From: Planctomycetota bacterium
GTDB lineage: Bacteria > Planctomycetota > UBA8108 > SXIK01
Length of the DNA stretch: 64,000 nt
NCBI GenBank assembly: GCA_965223265.1
Contig: OZ244999.1
Coordinates: forward strand, 544,001 to 608,000
Direction of reading: 5' to 3'
Part shown: piece by piece, positions 10,141 to 19,892 of the stretch
Position numbering within the stretch: position 1 is the stretch's first letter
How the letters are laid out: the number at the start of each line of letters is the position of its first letter
Translations under genes and position numbers: made by a program
The notes under the pieces: generated by a model
Seen by the model: the letters and a program-made list of their open reading frames with translations, nothing else
Told to the model about the DNA's origin: nothing
Database searches by the model: none

Positions 10141-11977
10141 GTTCTAATTCCTTAGCGTGTTCGTTTTTCTCAGCCCGGGTGCGCATCAAACGGAGTGCGT
10201 GACGTGCCGTAGAGGCGAGTTCACTTCGTTTCATCTCGGAGAGTTTCGTTAGCAAGGCGATGGACTCTTCGTCGTCCACGTCAGCCAGTGCCAACACGGC
10301 TGCTCCCTTCCTGCGCTCTATTGCTTTTGTCAGTGATCTTCGCCATCGCAGCACTTTGTTGCGGACGTAGTCGAGACCTTCGTCTCGTTTCGCGGCGATG
10401 AGGAGTTGAAACGTTTGAGCTTGCTTGGCCTTGTCCAGCTCGTTGAAGCGGGGAGAGTTGATGAGATTGAAGACCGGCTCGTAGATTTCTTCGGATGGAA
10501 CTCTAAGGAAGAACTGCACAGCGAAGTGAAGAAGGTCAGGAGAGGACTCGTCCAGCAAAGGAAGGAGATGTTCGGTCGCATTTCGGTCCGCGATTTCGAG
10601 AATGACCTTTGCGGCGTGCTTGCGAATCTCCTCGTTCGGATGACGTAGGGCCTGAGAGATGCGTTTTGATCTCTTGTCATCTTTGAACCGGGAAAGCAGG
10701 AGGATGATCGACTTCACTACGTTCGGATCTGGGTCGTCCAGGAACGATTCGAACGTCTTGATGGAGTTTGTACCGATTTTTTCCAACACGTCGATGATCG
10801 CTCGGCCGTGACTCTCGTACTTTAAGAGGGGGCAGAATTGGCGTACGGCATTGCCATCGAACACGGTGAGGAACTCAAACAGGCCGTGATCGGCAGGAAG
10901 TTTCGGGTGTTCGTTCAGGTAGCCGTCGATCAACTGGACGGTGTCCTTGTCACAAAACGTTCCGACCATTTCCCGGATTTGCTGTTTGTGTTCATGCGTG
11001 AGCCCGGGATGAGCATCTTCCTTAGAGAGCTTGCGAAGGAGCGCCGCGGCGTGGTGGAAGTCCAAGTTCTCGACCAATGCGAAAATGATTGAGCGAATCA
11101 TTTTCGCCGCTTCTTTGAACGCTTCCTCGTCACCGTTTTTGATCATCAGTTCGAGCAGAACGTCGACGAAGTCATATACGGGAAAGTACGCTTCCTCTTC
11201 CCGTGCGAGCGCGCGTATTTTCTCCGATTCTTCGTCGCTGAGTTCGAAGGCGTTATTTTTGCTCTCTGACGAAAGAGTCTCAGCGAGTTCCTCTCGAAGG
11301 CGTTGCTCTTCCTCTGGATCCAAGTCGAGTTGCTCTCGATCGAACCCCATCGAGAACAGATGGCTCGTCGGAATTTCTGGAATGTCTTCTTCAGACGTCG
11401 AGTCGGTGTCGTCGACAATCTGTAGCTGGACGCCGGCACAATCCTTTTCCCAGAAAACCGTGCCGAAGTCGTCGTCTTCCGAATCCGAGTCTCTCAGGCA
11501 TTTGAAACAGTCGAGAAAGTCGACCAGTTCTTCGCTTTCGATCTCTTCGAGAAAAGCCACGGCTCGCACACCGTCGGTGTAGAGACGGTAGGCGAGGCTT
11601 TTGCCCTTGTGCTCTTCGTGGTAGACGACAATGTCCTCGAAGAGGAAGTCCTTCTGGCTGATTCGAAGCTGAAGCGGCGCTTCGAGCTTCTCTACGACAG
11701 CTTCGAGGCTTTCGTACAACTTCTCGATCGAGTGCTTGACGACCTTGCTATACGATGGGTAGAGCTGGTAGTTCTTTTCAGCAACGACGAACTGCTGGAT
11801 GAACTCCTTGACTTCGTCGAGCGCTTTGGGCTGCGCCTGAGATGCCGCATTGCGCGATTCGGCATCGCCACCTCCATGTTGTGCAGACTCGGACTGCACC
11901 CTTCGCCCCGCACGGGGCGCATTGACGATCGTAGGAGCGTTGACTACGGAACCGGGTCTTTCCTGTGGCGCACTCAC
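10130..11977 (-). CDS. HEAT-repeat protein
   Basis: HEAT-like segments (LDDPDPNVVK, ALRHPNEEIRKHAA, LLPLLDE). Stop overlaps the start of the HD-GYP gene. Confidence 0.75.
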   Translation of the reverse strand: MSAPQERPGSVVNAPTIVNAPRAGRRVQSESAQHGGGDAESRNAASQAQPKALDEVKEFIQQFVVAEKNYQLYPSYSKVVKHSIEKLYESLEAVVEKLEAPLQLRISQKDFLFEDIVVYHEEHKGKSLAYRLYTDGVRAVAFLEEIESEELVDFLDCFKCLRDSDSEDDDFGTVFWEKDCAGVQLQIVDDTDSTSEEDIPEIPTSHLFSMGFDREQLDLDPEEEQRLREELAETLSSESKNNAFELSDEESEKIRALAREEEAYFPVYDFVDVLLELMIKNGDEEAFKEAAKMIRSIIFALVENLDFHHAAALLRKLSKEDAHPGLTHEHKQQIREMVGTFCDKDTVQLIDGYLNEHPKLPADHGLFEFLTVFDGNAVRQFCPLLKYESHGRAIIDVLEKIGTNSIKTFESFLDDPDPNVVKSIILLLSRFKDDKRSKRISQALRHPNEEIRKHAAKVILEIADRNATEHLLPLLDESSPDLLHFAVQFFLRVPSEEIYEPVFNLINSPRFNELDKAKQAQTFQLLIAAKRDEGLDYVRNKVLRWRRSLTKAIERRKGAAVLALADVDDEESIALLTKLSEMKRSELASTARHALRLMRTRAEKNEHAKELEHVH

Positions 11978-12146
11978 GAGTTGGGTCTCCGATGCTATCT
12001 TTCAGGCTCGAGACATCTCCGGCAGTGGAGATTCCTGAGAAGAGTAGGAGACCGGCCTAGAATCGGCAAACCGCGGCCGATAAGGAGGCAGGAGTGAGCC
12101 AGCAGCGATCGCGAGCTGCCGCTTCGCCTACAATCGGCGTTGTAGG

Positions 12147-12566
12147 CTACTTCCGAAAACGATCGTGGCACTCCTGGCAGCGGTACGAAATCCTCGTACG
12201 TGCCTGCCACAAAGAGTCGGGGTCGACTTCAGTCGCTGCGGTGCGTGCGTCTCTTACCGCTTCGACCGTGCGCGTCAACAACTCTTGGAATTCTGGTACA
12301 GCCGCAAGAGCGTGATCTCTCGCCACCGCCGGCTGCAGAAGCGCTGCTTCGAGATCCCGTGAACGATCGCCGGCGGAGAGAAGCAGCGGTTCATGAAAGC
12401 TTCGTTCGGCGATCTCCGTCAGGGCGTTGTACTTGAGTTGGACATCCTTCATGCCGCGGCGGAGAGTGCACGATGCCAACGTCACCAGTACGAGTGTGGC
12501 GGTCGCCCACGTTCGGACTGCGGGTACCGAGAATCTATGATTGGCGAATTGCGAATGGCGACGCAT
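12147..12566 (-). CDS. Putative c-type cytochrome lipoprotein (cytochrome c'-like, C-terminal CxxCH)
   Basis: Lipobox-like TLASC, helical body, CQECH five residues from the C-terminus. Start is uncertain (12566 or 12635). Confidence 0.6.
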   Translation of the reverse strand: MRRHSQFANHRFSVPAVRTWATATLVLVTLASCTLRRGMKDVQLKYNALTEIAERSFHEPLLLSAGDRSRDLEAALLQPAVARDHALAAVPEFQELLTRTVEAVRDARTAATEVDPDSLWQARTRISYRCQECHDRFRK

Positions 12567-12650
12567 ATAGAAACGTTTTCGAACCATTAAAGGTGGTTGC
12601 AGTTGACGTCGAGCTTCTGGATCGCAAGGTTTCATGCGATCGTCGGATGA

Positions 12651-13241
12651 TCAGCGGCTCGTCGACTCCAAGGCGCGTGCCGCGCAGTAGTCGAGTAGAG
12701 TCTCGATCTCGAGTTGTTGAATCTTCTCCAGGGAGGTGCGCAGTTCGCCGCGAGTGCCACTCTCAGAGACAGCGCAGAGGTCGATGAGCGCGAATGGATC
12801 CCACGTTTCCTGGCCGGTCAACTGAACGAGAAGCTGTTTCGCGTCTGTTCCCGAACTCTCAGCAAGACGTCGTGGGAGTTCGTCGAGGAGTTCGTGGTCG
12901 CCGACGAGGCGAAACCAGTACTTAGCGTTTGAGTAGTCCGGTTCACGGCGATGCATCAGGCCATGCCAGTAGCTGCCCGTCGTGGTCTTGATCGATTGAG
13001 AGATCGTATGTGAGTCCGCGTCGAGTCCCGCGCGGAGCAGCAGACCGGCACGTACCGCGGCAACCATCGAACGATCGTGAATCTCTCCGCCGAGTAGCGC
13101 CGAATCGGAAAGATCCGCGAGTTTTGTGGATATATCGCAGATAGGGGCCTCGCGGTCGTAGGATAGGGCGAGGCGCGGGAGAGCTTCCGTCACTTCGCCG
13201 TAGATTTGGGCCGCAGGGGAGCCGGGAGGGAAGATCTTCAT
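12651..13241 (-). CDS. Hypothetical protein
   Basis: 196-aa ORF with ATG start and a conserved-looking block SHTISQ...YWHGLMHRREPDYSNAKYWF. Confidence 0.7.
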   Translation of the reverse strand: MKIFPPGSPAAQIYGEVTEALPRLALSYDREAPICDISTKLADLSDSALLGGEIHDRSMVAAVRAGLLLRAGLDADSHTISQSIKTTTGSYWHGLMHRREPDYSNAKYWFRLVGDHELLDELPRRLAESSGTDAKQLLVQLTGQETWDPFALIDLCAVSESGTRGELRTSLEKIQQLEIETLLDYCAARALESTSR

Positions 13242-13449
13242 GAGCAGATCGAGCCTAGCACAGATTGCGCCGTGTCGCAGCGAGTCATAGCGGACCTGCA
13301 GCGTCTCACGCGTTTGGTAAGGGGCAATTTGAAGTGTGCGCCGCCATCAGAACAGAGCCGCGAAGCCGACACAAGTTCTTGTTGTGGGATCGTGCCGCTC
13401 GATGATGTCGGAGCAGGCGCGCCCGCGACGGATCTTGTCACGAGTTTGG

Positions 13450-14526
13450 CTATGGCAGTAGGGATACCGTGCGCTTCTCGCGGGCACTGATAACTGCAGT
13501 ATCGACCATCTGCTGTCCGATGCGCGCGATGTCCGGAGAGAGGGGACCTTCGAGTGCGGCGCCGGTCTCCAAGCAGTGCACGACGTTCTGCACTGGATTC
13601 TGATAGGGGCTTTCGACTTGATCGACCGCGATCGAGGTAGCGGTGGGTTGCGAGCGTGTTTGAAGGTGGATCGTGGGTTCGTAGTCGTAGCTCGAAATCG
13701 TGCCTTCAGTGCCGACCAGGACGAAGCCGCATTTGGGTTGAGGCTGGTGCGTCCAAGGGTCTGTGAACGTGCCCCAGCGCGTCTCGAATTTAGACAAACC
13801 TGAGCTGTATCGTGCCACCGTCACACTGTGTTCGTCGACTTCGAGACCGGGTGGGTCGTCGACGATGCTAGTGACTTCAACAGGAACCTCACCGTTCTTG
13901 AACCATGTGCCAAGAGTCACCCCGTATCCGAGATAGTCGAGGAGCGAGCCGCCGCCATGTGCCCGTTTGTAGAACCACGTGTTCGGCTTCTCACGCTCCA
14001 CGTACTCCGCGGTCGTTTCCGTCTTGCCCTCGACGTGCCATAGTGGGCCTCGGTTGCCGTCGTAGTAGTGCACTTCCTTCACTTCGCCGATGGCGCCTTC
14101 GTCGACGAGTCGTTTGGCTGTTCGATGAGAGGGGTACCATACCAGAGGCCAATTGATCGCCAGGAGTTTACCAGAGGCCTCCATCGCTCGAACCATCGCA
14201 TCCGCTTCCGCAAGCGAGGCGGCGAACGGCTTTTCCATGATGATGTGGGGGCCATACGGAGCGACCTTCTCCGTCCACTCCCCATGACGTGCCGTTGCCG
14301 GGCAGAGAAGCACAATGTCTGGGCGAGTCGTCTCGAGGCAGGAACGGTAGTCGGTAAAGCAACGCTCGGGTGGCACGGAGAACTCGCGAGCCGCGGCATC
14401 CATTCGAGCCGCGGATTCGTCGGACAGCGCAACGATCTCCACGTCCGGGTGCTCATGAGCGGCGCGCAAGTTATCCCCCATGTGGGAGTGGTCAAAGTTG
14501 ATTCCGGCAAGCGTCCACTGACTCAT
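13450..14526 (-). CDS. Gfo/Idh/MocA family oxidoreductase
   Basis: MEKPFA motif, GGGSLLDY, N-terminal Rossmann-like region; AGAAGG RBS. Confidence 0.9.
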   Translation of the reverse strand: MSQWTLAGINFDHSHMGDNLRAAHEHPDVEIVALSDESAARMDAAAREFSVPPERCFTDYRSCLETTRPDIVLLCPATARHGEWTEKVAPYGPHIIMEKPFAASLAEADAMVRAMEASGKLLAINWPLVWYPSHRTAKRLVDEGAIGEVKEVHYYDGNRGPLWHVEGKTETTAEYVEREKPNTWFYKRAHGGGSLLDYLGYGVTLGTWFKNGEVPVEVTSIVDDPPGLEVDEHSVTVARYSSGLSKFETRWGTFTDPWTHQPQPKCGFVLVGTEGTISSYDYEPTIHLQTRSQPTATSIAVDQVESPYQNPVQNVVHCLETGAALEGPLSPDIARIGQQMVDTAVISAREKRTVSLLP

Positions 14527-14640
14527 GGCGACCTTCTGCGCTCCGTACTCCTCTTGTTCGCGACTGTCCTTCGCCGCTTCAGTCTCTCAACTCGCGCCTG
14601 GAGCTGCGTCGCCGAAAGCCGCTCGCTCGATGCAGCGCGG

Positions 14641-14810
14641 CTAGCAGCCTGTTGAAAAAGTGCTTCGAGCCGAAGAAACTGGTCTCTTCGCGTCCAGATC
14701 GGCTGCGGCAAACGGAGGCAATCTTCGGGATTTTCGAGTATTGACGCGGTCGAGCTGGGCGTGAAGAGGCCAGTTTCTTCGGCCGAATGACTTTTTCAAC
14801 GGGCTGCTAG
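14641..14810. mobile_element. MITE-like element / long imperfect palindrome with CTAG at both ends
   Basis: 14641 CTAGCAGCCTGTTGAAAAAGT..GCCGAAGAAACTGGTCTCTTC pairs with GAAGAGGCCAGTTTCTTCGGC..ACTTTTTCAACGGGCTGCTAG ending at 14810. Arms about 70 bp; intergenic and non-coding. Confidence 0.7.
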
Positions 14811-14833
14811 GCTAGCTCTCGGCCCGATTCGTA

Positions 14834-15997
14834 CTATCGATTCGAGAGATACTTGTCCATCCGGCGAAGACCCTCTTCGAGCTTGTCCATGCTCGTGGCG
14901 TACGACAGTCGAAGATACCCTGCCGCCGCGTCGCCGAAAGCGCTTCCCGGCAATACCGCGACGCCGGCGACTTCGAGTAGCTCGCGCGAGAGATCTTCGG
15001 CGCTCATGCCCGTTTCCTTGACGTTCGGAAACGCGTAAAACGCCCCTCCCGGCGTGACGCAGCTGACACCAGGGAGACGATTCAATCCAGCGACCAGAAA
15101 GTCACGTCGTCGCTTGAACTCAGCCACCATCGTGCCAACGTCGTCTTGAGGGCCCGTGATCGCGGCGAGACCGCCGTATTGATTGAAGGTCGTCGCGCAC
15201 GAAATGATGTTGACGCTATAGAGCTCAAAGAGCTCTGCGAGCTCCATGGGTACGATTCCGTATCCAAGGCGCCAGCCAGTCATTGCATAGCTTTTCGAGA
15301 AGCCATCGAGGATGATCGTCCGCTCCGCCATTCCGGGAAGTGTCGAGATACTGACGAAGTCACCGTCGTAGAGGAAATTTATGTAGATCTCATCGGCTAA
15401 GACGACGATGTCCTTCTCGCACGCCACCCGTGCCACCGCCGAAAGATCCTCGCGGTCGAGTGTGCCGCCCGTTGGATTGTGGGGATAGTTGAGGATGATG
15501 AGGCGCGTACGATCACTGACCCGGGCGACGAATTCGTCGCGATCGAAGCTGAATTGTCGTTCCTCGCGAATCGGCAGAGGAACGCCGGTGGCACCGCTGT
15601 GGCCGATCAGTGAACGGTACATCGGAAAGCCTGGATCTGGGTAAATGACTTCGTCGCCTTCACCAACTAAGCTCTGGATCGTGTAGAGCATGATGGGCTT
15701 TGCGCCCGTCGTGACGATCACCTGACGCGGGTCGAACTCGATTCCCCTGCGCTCGCCGGCATCTCTTGCGATCGCCTGGCGCAGCGCCGGGAGTCCTGGC
15801 GTTGGTCCGTAACCGGTTTTGCCCTCGCCGATCGCGGCGATGGCAGCATCGCAGATGTGCTTTGGCGTCGGGAAATCCGGCTGGCCGATCATGAGGTGGA
15901 CGATGCTTTTCCCTTCCGCCTCCAGCTCTTGCGCGCGCGCGAGGACTTTGAATGCGGATTCCGTTTCGAGTTTCTTGTTTCTTGGGTGGATTCTCAT
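14834..15997 (-). CDS. PLP-dependent aminotransferase class I/II (aspartate aminotransferase-like)
   Basis: IGQPDFPTP, NYPHNPTG, ADEIY, GFSKSYAMTGWRLG, GAFYAF, YLRLSYA. Real start MRIHPRN at 15997; the longer ORF extension is not protein-like. Confidence 0.92.
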   Translation of the reverse strand: MRIHPRNKKLETESAFKVLARAQELEAEGKSIVHLMIGQPDFPTPKHICDAAIAAIGEGKTGYGPTPGLPALRQAIARDAGERRGIEFDPRQVIVTTGAKPIMLYTIQSLVGEGDEVIYPDPGFPMYRSLIGHSGATGVPLPIREERQFSFDRDEFVARVSDRTRLIILNYPHNPTGGTLDREDLSAVARVACEKDIVVLADEIYINFLYDGDFVSISTLPGMAERTIILDGFSKSYAMTGWRLGYGIVPMELAELFELYSVNIISCATTFNQYGGLAAITGPQDDVGTMVAEFKRRRDFLVAGLNRLPGVSCVTPGGAFYAFPNVKETGMSAEDLSRELLEVAGVAVLPGSAFGDAAAGYLRLSYATSMDKLEEGLRRMDKYLSNR

Positions 15998-16337
15998 GCC
16001 GTCAGGATACAGATTCCGAACCGCTCTGAAAAGGGACGCAGCTGCAACCCGCCCGATCGATCGCTCGGCCTCGACCGCGAACTCGCCAACTGCGGCGTTC
16101 GATGAACGGGCGTGCGACCGGGCGACGGTGTTGTCGGCGCTGGCACAGCGTGTCGGTTCGTGGAGATGGCGAGATGTAAGGCTGTGCATGGCAAGGGCGT
16201 TCGACCGTCGGCTCGACGGATGAGAACGGTCTTGCGGTTGGTGTCGACGGGCGGGAGAATCGTGGGCTGCTTGCATCGGTGCAGCCGAGGACGGGCCTGC
16301 TCCGGGAGAGGACCTGTTCAAGAGGATCAACGCGGAA

Positions 16338-16802
16338 GTGACCCCACCTTCGATTTCCCACTTGGGCGACCACCGCGCACTGCGCGTGACCGTGTGGTGG
16401 ATCGCCGAGATCGCTACCATCGTGGCTTGTGGAGGCGCGCTGTCCGTCAGCCTAACGTCGCGCGTCTACGCCGGTTTCTGCGTCCTGTTTGTTGTCTGGT
16501 TCGCCTTCAACCAAATGCACACATCCGTTGGGCTCGAGTCCCGCGCGCTTCGCGGTGCGAACTCGCCGGAGGTGCACGGCGCCAGGCGCCGCGTTGTGGT
16601 GCGTCTTTTGTTGTTTTACTTTGTCGTCCTGAGTGCTGGTATCGTCGGCTTGTGGTTGCAATCTCGAGTCAACACGATCAAATTGCGCGACGACAGCACA
16701 CTGTTTGTCGCGATAGTTTTTGTCCCCATCGCGATTCGCGTGGTCTGCCTGCAGAGACGCTACCTGCGGTTGCGTGGAGAGGAGCTGGAGGAGCTTCGAT
16801 GA
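16338..16802 (+). CDS. Hypothetical membrane protein (about 4 TM segments)
   Basis: Four hydrophobic stretches; ends just upstream of dusB. Confidence 0.55.
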   Translation: MTPPSISHLGDHRALRVTVWWIAEIATIVACGGALSVSLTSRVYAGFCVLFVVWFAFNQMHTSVGLESRALRGANSPEVHGARRRVVVRLLLFYFVVLSAGIVGLWLQSRVNTIKLRDDSTLFVAIVFVPIAIRVVCLQRRYLRLRGEELEELR

Positions 16803-16857
16803 TCTCTCAGCCTCCTTCGACGCCCTGTCGATTTGGCGCGAGGTTGGCGAGGAGCGG

Positions 16858-18024
16858 ATGATGGAGTCGAGCGAAAGACTGAAGGAACCGGATGCGCCGA
16901 ACGCCGGCGATGCCTCGGTTGGCGACACTGAGGCGTTGTATCCGCCGCTCGCGCTGGGCGCTGCTCGCATTTGGCCGCCAGTGGTGTTGGCGCCCATGGC
17001 TGGCGTAACCAACTACCCATACCGCAAGATCTGCAACTCTTTCGGCGCGGGGCTGTGCGTCAGCGAGATGGTCAGCAGTCGCGGCATTCTCGAAGGCAGT
17101 GAGAAAACGTGGCATCTGGCGCATTTCGGCAGCGAGGAGTCGCCGCGATCTATCCAGATCTTTGGCTGCGATCCCGTGGCCATGGGAGAGGCTGCACGGC
17201 GCATCCGATGCGAATTAGACGTCGACCACATCGATCTCAACTTCGGTTGCCCGGTCCCTAAAGTGACGCGCAAGGGAATGGGCGCAGCGGCGCCGCTCGA
17301 TCTGGACAACTTCGCGCGCGTCGTTCGAGAGGTGGTGCGCGAGGCTGATCCGTTACCGGTGACGCTGAAGACGCGCCTCGGCATGGACGATGATCGACAC
17401 ACGTACTTGGAGGCAGGGCGCGTCGCCGAAGCTGAGGGCTGCTCCTGGATTGCCCTTCACGCTCGCACCGCCAAGCAAATGTATTCCGGCGTAGCGAGAT
17501 GGGAGCTCATCAGACGACTGAAGGAAACCGTCAACATCCCTGTTCTCGGCAACGGCGATATCTTTACCGCACCGGATGCCTTGCAGATGATGGACGAGAC
17601 GGGCTGCGATGGCGTTGTGATTGGTCGCGGCTGTCTCGGCAACCCATGGCTCTTCCGCAACCTACAACGTCTTTTCCGCGGCGCGGGAGTACCGCAGCGA
17701 CCATCGATCGAAGAAGTAGCAGACGTGATGCGCTGGCACTTCGAGCTTTTGTGCGAGCATTTTCAGACCAATCCGAAACAGGCCTCGTTTCATATGCGCA
17801 AGTTCGGCACATGGTACGTGCGCGGCATTGAGGGCTCTGCCGAGATCCGCCGTGACTCCCAGAAGATCGCGTCGCGCCAAGACCTTGAACTGATTCTTGA
17901 GCGCTTGCTTGAGGCGCACTACATGCCTAACGCGTGCGATCCGGCGCGCCCCACACGCCCGACGCGTCAGCCGGACGCGTCCGCGGAGGCAACTACCCAA
18001 ACTCGATCGGGTGTTACCGCGTAG
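16858..18024 (+). CDS. dusB: tRNA-dihydrouridine synthase B
   Basis: LAPMAGVT, SEMVS, IDLNFGCPVPKV, LHART, GNGDI, GRGCLGNPWLF; GGAG RBS before ATG 16858. Confidence 0.9.
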   Translation: MMESSERLKEPDAPNAGDASVGDTEALYPPLALGAARIWPPVVLAPMAGVTNYPYRKICNSFGAGLCVSEMVSSRGILEGSEKTWHLAHFGSEESPRSIQIFGCDPVAMGEAARRIRCELDVDHIDLNFGCPVPKVTRKGMGAAAPLDLDNFARVVREVVREADPLPVTLKTRLGMDDDRHTYLEAGRVAEAEGCSWIALHARTAKQMYSGVARWELIRRLKETVNIPVLGNGDIFTAPDALQMMDETGCDGVVIGRGCLGNPWLFRNLQRLFRGAGVPQRPSIEEVADVMRWHFELLCEHFQTNPKQASFHMRKFGTWYVRGIEGSAEIRRDSQKIASRQDLELILERLLEAHYMPNACDPARPTRPTRQPDASAEATTQTRSGVTA

Positions 18025-18859
18025 CGGGTGTGCAGAGATAGTCGAGAATCGCTTTGCCTTCGCGTAGATCCGCGGCGAGTAAATGCGCACCGGCGCGCTG
18101 CAGCCGCTCCTTTTTGTCTTCGTTCATGTGGTAGCGATTCTTCTCTTTGGTGTGAAGACCTAAGCACACACCGCCCACGTCGCGGCCGTTGACGATCTCC
18201 ACATAACCATCACCAACGATCAATAGTTCCGAACCCTTGAGCTGCAGATCAGCCAGGATCTGCTTAATCACCTTCTCTTTCGAGAAGTTCTTGTAGTCCG
18301 GCAGGGCTCCAAAGATTCCGCCGTCGAAGTAACCGTCCAGCTCGATCAGTTGCGCTTCGGCCTTGACATACTCGACGTCGGTGCCGCTTGCCAAGTAGCA
18401 ACGAATGCCCGCGGTTCGGCACTCTTCAAGAAACTGTTTCGCGCCGGCGATCAAGAACTCGTCGATGGCGATACGGCCGGCGCGGACCGCGGCGTAACGT
18501 TCTTCGACGCAGAGATTGAGACGCCGATAGTACTCGTTTTTGTAGTCGAGAGGGTCCGCCGCTTCGCCGCCGCGCTTTTCGACCTCCTCCGCCAAGCGAA
18601 TCATTTGGTAGATCGTTTGCTTGCCGGTCAGATGATCGACAAAGTCGATCACAAGGGCTTCGAGTTCCTCGCGACTCTCATGTCGCGGGCACGCTTCGAG
18701 CACTTCGACCATGAGCGGGACCATGTAGTCCTGCCAGCCGTCTCGCATGTAGCTGACGGTTCCGTCGTAGTCGAAAACGGCGTGACGGATCTTGCCGCGC
18801 GGGGGCTCTTCGAGGATCTCGACGGCCGTGCCCGGAATCGTCGCTGGGGGAGAGTTCAT
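18014..18859 (-). CDS. HAD-superfamily hydrolase
   Basis: Motif I FDYDGT, LASGT, K, IVGDG. Confidence 0.85.
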   Translation of the reverse strand: MNSPPATIPGTAVEILEEPPRGKIRHAVFDYDGTVSYMRDGWQDYMVPLMVEVLEACPRHESREELEALVIDFVDHLTGKQTIYQMIRLAEEVEKRGGEAADPLDYKNEYYRRLNLCVEERYAAVRAGRIAIDEFLIAGAKQFLEECRTAGIRCYLASGTDVEYVKAEAQLIELDGYFDGGIFGALPDYKNFSKEKVIKQILADLQLKGSELLIVGDGYVEIVNGRDVGGVCLGLHTKEKNRYHMNEDKKERLQRAGAHLLAADLREGKAILDYLCTPATR

Positions 18860-19029
18860 AGTGCGGTGTATCAAACCGGGATGGCGGACACGCTCGCCGG
18901 CTCATCGCGGGTGAGCTCGGAGTGTAGTCAGGCGACGCCGCGACGCGATCGGCCGCGGCATTCGCCCGTGTGCTCAATGAACGCATTCGGAGGCCCGAGA
19001 GAGCGGACCGTCGTTCGTGGTTGCGTCCT

Positions 19030-19548
19030 TTATCCAGCCGCCGACTTGGCAGCTTCCAGTGCGGCGTTGTAGTCCGGCTCATCCGTCACTTCAGGGACGA
19101 TCTGGACGTACGTGACCTTGTCGCTTGGGTCGACGACGAAGATAGCGCGGGTGAGCAAGCTGAGCTCTTTAATCAAGACGCCGTAGTTCTTCCCGAACGA
19201 GCTTTCGCGGTGGTCGGACAGAGTCTTCATTTCCACGCTTTCGGCGCCACACCAGCGACCTTGCGCGAATGGCAGGTCAAGGCTTATCGTCAACACTTCG
19301 ACGTTGTCAGGAAGCTTTGCGACCTCCTCTGCGAAGCGCTTCGTCTGAATGGAGCAGACAGGGGTGTCGAGAGACGGGACCACGGAAAAGAGGCGCGCCT
19401 TGCCCTTCGACGAACTCAAACTCACGGGCTCGAGATCGCCGTTGATGACGTTGAAATCTGGGGCTGCATCGCCGACCTTGATTTCGGGGCCAACGAGCGT
19501 TAACGGGTTGCCTTTGAATGTGACCGCTCCGCTTCTTTCTTGTGTCAT
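19030..19548 (-). CDS. tpx: Thiol peroxidase (atypical 2-Cys peroxiredoxin)
   Basis: VPSLDTPVCS, DLPFAQGRWCG, EPDY; AGGAG RBS. Confidence 0.95.
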   Translation of the reverse strand: MTQERSGAVTFKGNPLTLVGPEIKVGDAAPDFNVINGDLEPVSLSSSKGKARLFSVVPSLDTPVCSIQTKRFAEEVAKLPDNVEVLTISLDLPFAQGRWCGAESVEMKTLSDHRESSFGKNYGVLIKELSLLTRAIFVVDPSDKVTYVQIVPEVTDEPDYNAALEAAKSAAG

Positions 19549-19892
19549 GACGTTCTCCTGAAAGTGCTTCTCGACGCGAGAGAGCGTAGCCTAACTGATT
19601 GGATCAAACCGTCGAGAGTTGTCAGCGCGGGTCCGGGAGCAGGCCCGGCAGATCGAGCGGCAGCGCGGTACACACCACTCTCGATAACCATCACCCTCGA
19701 TGGAGCCTCTGGCGTGGGAGCCCCGCATAGTAACCAGCAACACGTTTGAGTACAATAGGTCAATTCGTCGTTGCGCGTCCCAGCACGCGGACTTGCGGAG
19801 GGCGGCGACGTGCGCAAGGTTGTTCCATGTTGCCGGCGGTCGGAGGTCGACCCCGAGAGTGAGGCAGCTGGCCAGAGAAACACAGCGGAATC

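Noticed and set aside
15998-16420. Long N-terminal extensions in the ORF track (aminotransferase, hpnH, dusB, argS, Fe-binding protein, VWA protein, transposase, ATPase)
   Set aside because: The extensions are not protein-like and arise from scarce stop codons in high-GC DNA. Downstream starts with RBS or family-typical N-termini were used.
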